1,760 nt of DNA from assembly GCA_000004985.1 (NCBI GenBank), contig GG739330.1, one strand, 5' to 3'. Position numbers and translations under genes: made by a program. Shown here piece by piece: positions 1 through 1,760 of this stretch (position 1 is its first letter; every line of letters begins with the position of its first letter). The notes under the pieces are model-generated. The model ran no database searches. It was not told where the DNA came from and saw only the letters and a list, made by a program, of their open reading frames with translations. The DNA is from Naegleria gruberi. Lineage: Eukaryota.

Positions 1-7
1 TGAAATT

Positions 8-1276
8 ATGAAAATATTTTCCAAGCATTATCAAAGTGAAATTGAAAAACAAGGCACCAGTTCATTTGTGGGAAGTGAATCCAAAACTTTCGAAACTGAT
101 GGAAGAACGTATGAGGAAGATAATAGTGACCTAGATGAAGAATACTATTCAGATTATTCTTATGATATTCCTCCCCATCAAAATGTTGTTGTGGAACAAT
201 GGAATACTAAAATTTACGATAATCTTGGAGTCACTGACTTTAGTGACGATGAATACGAGGAGGGATTAGATTTCAAGCAATTAGGCCACATTTTTAAAAA
301 CTTGGAAAATGAAGCAAATAATCCCCTCAAAAGAAAGAGATTTGATCCATTGACATTCGAAGATTATTCACAAAATTTCATTGAAAATAGATTGAAAAAT
401 ACGATTGCATCTTTTGAATCCAATACATGGGATTACGACCTCAAGCAGGAGTTTGAAGGAGAGTTGACAGAAAATATTCCAGCCATTAAAATTCTTGCAA
501 GAGAAGGTGTTAAAAAGAGAAAATTGGAAAATCAGTCAACTGAGCCATCTGAAAATGATTTGGCAGACAACGACATTTTAACAACCAGATATGATTCATG
601 TATTATGGAAAAGAAGCCTGTGAACCGAACAATAGATGAAGCTTCAAGTGATTACTTTCTTTATGATTCATTTCAATTGCCAAATGCCAAAATGTTACTT
701 CAACAAGCTGCTGAGAATTTCTCTTCACAACTTTTCAAATATTCTAATTCTTACGCTCAACTTTGCCGTGGAACGTGTGCAACAGAAGAGGGTGATTTAA
801 TTAGAACACGAAGTGTTTTATTTTCAACTTTATTATTTAGACATGAATTACAATGGATTAATTTGAATTTCAGAGCACAATTCGAATCTATTTTGCAAGA
901 ATATGTTGATACAACTCGATTACAGAACGAGGTCTTGGAATCAATTAATAGATTTGAGTATATTGAAACAAATGAAGATGAGGATGATGAATTTATTGAT
1001 AACATTTCTTCATGCTCATCTGACAGTATGGTTTCGAATGCTTGCCAACTTAAAATGATTCTGAAATCAAATGAGGAAACAATTTTCGCCGATAATACCT
1101 GCATCTCTTGCAAGACCCTTGCCGATTACAAAGAAATGAATCCTGAATTGATTTGCACAACTGGAGATGGTTTTCCAACCATTATAGAATCACACCAATC
1201 TTACGATTATGAAATTAAATTCACAGAGAGCAGAGAAGAAGCAATTCATTGGATGAATGGCAAGTTATTCAATTAA
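8..1276 (+). CDS. Hypothetical acidic, probably nuclear protein (422 aa). Has two basic NLS-like motifs, Asp/Glu/Tyr-rich tracts and a C-terminal Cys/His cluster. Family not recognised.
   Basis: Uninterrupted 1269-nt ORF in AT-rich DNA, where random frames close within about 60 nt. Yeast-like codon bias (AGA Arg, TTA/TTG Leu, GAA Glu). ATG at 8 has A at -3 (gaaATTatg). The frame stays open over the two codons upstream to the window edge, so the true start could lie further 5'. Stop TAA at 1274-1276. No in-frame CTG codons. Confidence 0.8.
   Translation: MKIFSKHYQSEIEKQGTSSFVGSESKTFETDGRTYEEDNSDLDEEYYSDYSYDIPPHQNVVVEQWNTKIYDNLGVTDFSDDEYEEGLDFKQLGHIFKNLENEANNPLKRKRFDPLTFEDYSQNFIENRLKNTIASFESNTWDYDLKQEFEGELTENIPAIKILAREGVKKRKLENQSTEPSENDLADNDILTTRYDSCIMEKKPVNRTIDEASSDYFLYDSFQLPNAKMLLQQAAENFSSQLFKYSNSYAQLCRGTCATEEGDLIRTRSVLFSTLLFRHELQWINLNFRAQFESILQEYVDTTRLQNEVLESINRFEYIETNEDEDDEFIDNISSCSSDSMVSNACQLKMILKSNEETIFADNTCISCKTLADYKEMNPELICTTGDGFPTIIESHQSYDYEIKFTESREEAIHWMNGKLFN
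329..340 (+). other. Basic cluster PLKRKRF, a monopartite NLS-like motif (aa 108-111)
   Basis: Codons aaa aga aag aga read in frame, preceded by Pro-Leu. Matches the K-K/R-x-K/R consensus. Confidence 0.5.
512..523 (+). other. Second basic cluster GVKKRKLEN, NLS-like (aa 169-172)
   Basis: Codons aaa aag aga aaa in frame. Together with the first motif this suggests nuclear targeting. Confidence 0.5.
971..991 (+). other. Acidic tract NEDEDDEF (aa 322-328)
   Basis: Run of gaa/gat/gag codons. The opposite strand reads as poly-Ser, which generates the spurious antisense ORF. Confidence 0.8.
1100..1195 (+). other. Cys/His cluster C365-x2-C368-x14-C383-x12-H396, possible small zinc-binding module
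   Basis: tgc at 1100-1102, 1109-1111 and 1154-1156, cac at 1193-1195, all in frame. Further Cys at aa 336/346 and His at aa 414. The spacing is compatible with a zinc ribbon or treble clef but matches no specific family. Confidence 0.3.
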
Positions 1277-1284
1277 GGACTTTA

Positions 1285-1760
1285 TTAATCTGCAAATCCA
1301 GAACCTCCATGGCTTGAGGAGCCACCTCCACCACCACCACCTCCTCCTCCAAAATCATTCGAAGTGGTATAATTGGTATCATTGAAAGAGGAATAATTAC
1401 CACCACTCCCATCACCACCATTTCCTCCACCACCTCCACCTTTTCTATTCCTCAAAACACAAAATAATATCAGACCTGTAAGGAGGAAAGTTCCACCAAT
1501 TACACTAAGGATAATGGCTGCATTGATGGCACTTTGGTCAATTAGGCATTTATCGTATTGGTTGGAATTGGTACGAAAGGTTACGGATGGGGTGTATTGA
1601 GAAATGAGATTTGATTTCTGATAGAAAATGGAATATTGTTGATTGGAATTGAGTGTGAGAATTCCATTGCTGTCAGGAGTTGGAGGATTTGAGAAATCAA
1701 TAGTGGAATCAAAGATGAATGTGGAATTTAGATTTAAAATCTTGTAATTATCCTTGTACT
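1285..1760 (-). CDS. 3'-terminal part of a type I single-pass membrane protein. Ser/Thr/Asn-rich ectodomain, one TM helix, RNRK, Gly-rich cytoplasmic tail. Partial: the N-terminus lies beyond 1760.
   Basis: Hand translation of the minus strand, codons phased with + positions 1288-1290, 1291-1293 and so on. There are 158 consecutive sense codons from 1758 down to 1288 with no stop, in AT-rich DNA. It ends with tandem stops TAA-TAA (+ strand tta at 1285-1287 and 1282-1284). Translation N->C: ...YKDNYKILNLNSTFIFDSTIDFSNPPTPDSNGILTLNSNQQYSIFYQKSNLISQYTPSVTFRTNSNQYDKCLIDQSAINAAIILSVIGGTFLLTGLILFCVLRNRKGGGGGGNGGDGSGGNYSSFNDTNYTTSNDFGGGGGGGGGGSSSHGGSGFAD*. No in-window Met, which explains its absence from the ORF track. 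Confidence 0.75.
   Translation of the reverse strand, partial: YKDNYKILNLNSTFIFDSTIDFSNPPTPDSNGILTLNSNQQYSIFYQKSNLISQYTPSVTFRTNSNQYDKCLIDQSAINAAIILSVIGGTFLLTGLILFCVLRNRKGGGGGGNGGDGSGGNYSSFNDTNYTTSNDFGGGGGGGGGGSSSHGGSGFAD
1321..1350 (-). repeat. Perfect trinucleotide microsatellite (CCN)10 on +, (GGN)10 on -, encoding Gly10 in the cytoplasmic tail
   Basis: + strand reads gcc acc tcc acc acc acc acc tcc tcc tcc. In the minus-gene frame every triplet is a Gly codon (GGC GGT GGA ...). Confidence 0.9.
1402..1440 (-). repeat. Second, imperfect Gly-codon tract (GGGGGGNGGDGSG) in the same tail
   Basis: + strand reads acc acc act ccc atc acc acc att tcc tcc acc acc tcc acc. It is C-rich low-complexity in the same frame as the Gly10 run. 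Confidence 0.8.
1453..1530 (-). other. Transmembrane helix-coding segment (AINAAIILSVIGGTFLLTGLILFCVL) of the minus-strand gene
   Basis: Twenty-six consecutive hydrophobic or small residues. Positive-inside RNRK follows immediately on the C-terminal side (1441-1452). The preceding domain is polar Ser/Thr/Asn-rich, consistent with type I topology. Small-xxx-small spacing (AxxxA, AxxxS, SxxxG) occurs within the helix. Confidence 0.7.

Noticed and set aside
757-1113. 118-aa antisense ORF on the minus strand, fully embedded in the + CDS
   Set aside because: It lies entirely inside the much longer and more coherent + ORF. Its poly-Ser run (SSSSSSS) is simply the reverse complement of the + strand EDEDDE acidic tract. 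The rest is low-complexity Ile/Leu/Ser-rich sequence, as expected from antisense AT-rich coding DNA. There is no independent support.
1274-1300. Canonical yeast terminator elements (TATATA efficiency element, U-rich tracts) for the + gene
   Set aside because: None is present in the available downstream sequence. Only a weak TTTATTAAT lies directly after the stop, so no terminator feature is called. The 3' end is presumably formed inside the opposite gene.
1321-1440. C-rich tract considered as a non-coding regulatory element, for example a poly-pyrimidine or i-motif-like structure
   Set aside because: It is fully explained as in-frame Gly codons of the minus-strand ORF. The phase stays uninterrupted through both tracts and into the flanking TM-coding sequence.
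1-1760. Possibility of a prokaryotic or phage defence or other novel system, as hinted by the task
   Set aside because: No operon-like co-directional packing, no Shine-Dalgarno spacing, no repeats or spacer arrays, and no nuclease, ATPase or other recognisable defence motifs. Codon usage, NLS motifs, S/T-rich stalk plus TM architecture, and poly-Gly microsatellites all point to a yeast-like eukaryotic locus instead.

Overview
The window reads as eukaryotic, budding-yeast-like DNA rather than a prokaryotic accessory locus. It is AT-rich, uses AGA/TTA/TTG/GAA-biased codons, has lysine/arginine NLS-type motifs and long acidic tracts, and shows no Shine-Dalgarno-style gene packing. The organism call is inference only. 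There are two convergent protein-coding genes. (1) A complete or near-complete 422-aa ORF on + (8..1276). It encodes a very acidic, Tyr/Asp/Glu-rich protein with two basic NLS-like motifs and a C-terminal Cys/His cluster. I do not recognise it as any named family. (2) A 3'-terminal fragment of a minus-strand gene (1285..1760, N-terminus beyond the window). It is absent from the supplied ORF track because no Met start lies in the window. It encodes a Ser/Thr/Asn-rich ectodomain, then one hydrophobic transmembrane helix, an RNRK stop-transfer, and a short cytoplasmic tail dominated by two poly-glycine runs (Gly6 and Gly10). This is the layout of a fungal type I cell-surface (sensor/mucin-like) protein. 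The two stop codons are only 8 bp apart, so the 3' ends of the two mRNAs must overlap each other's coding sequence. The Gly10 run is encoded by a perfect (CCN)10/(GGN)10 trinucleotide microsatellite. The listed antisense ORF 757..1113 looks like a mirror artefact of the acidic tract. I found no RNA genes, mobile elements, CRISPR arrays or prokaryotic defence-system hallmarks.
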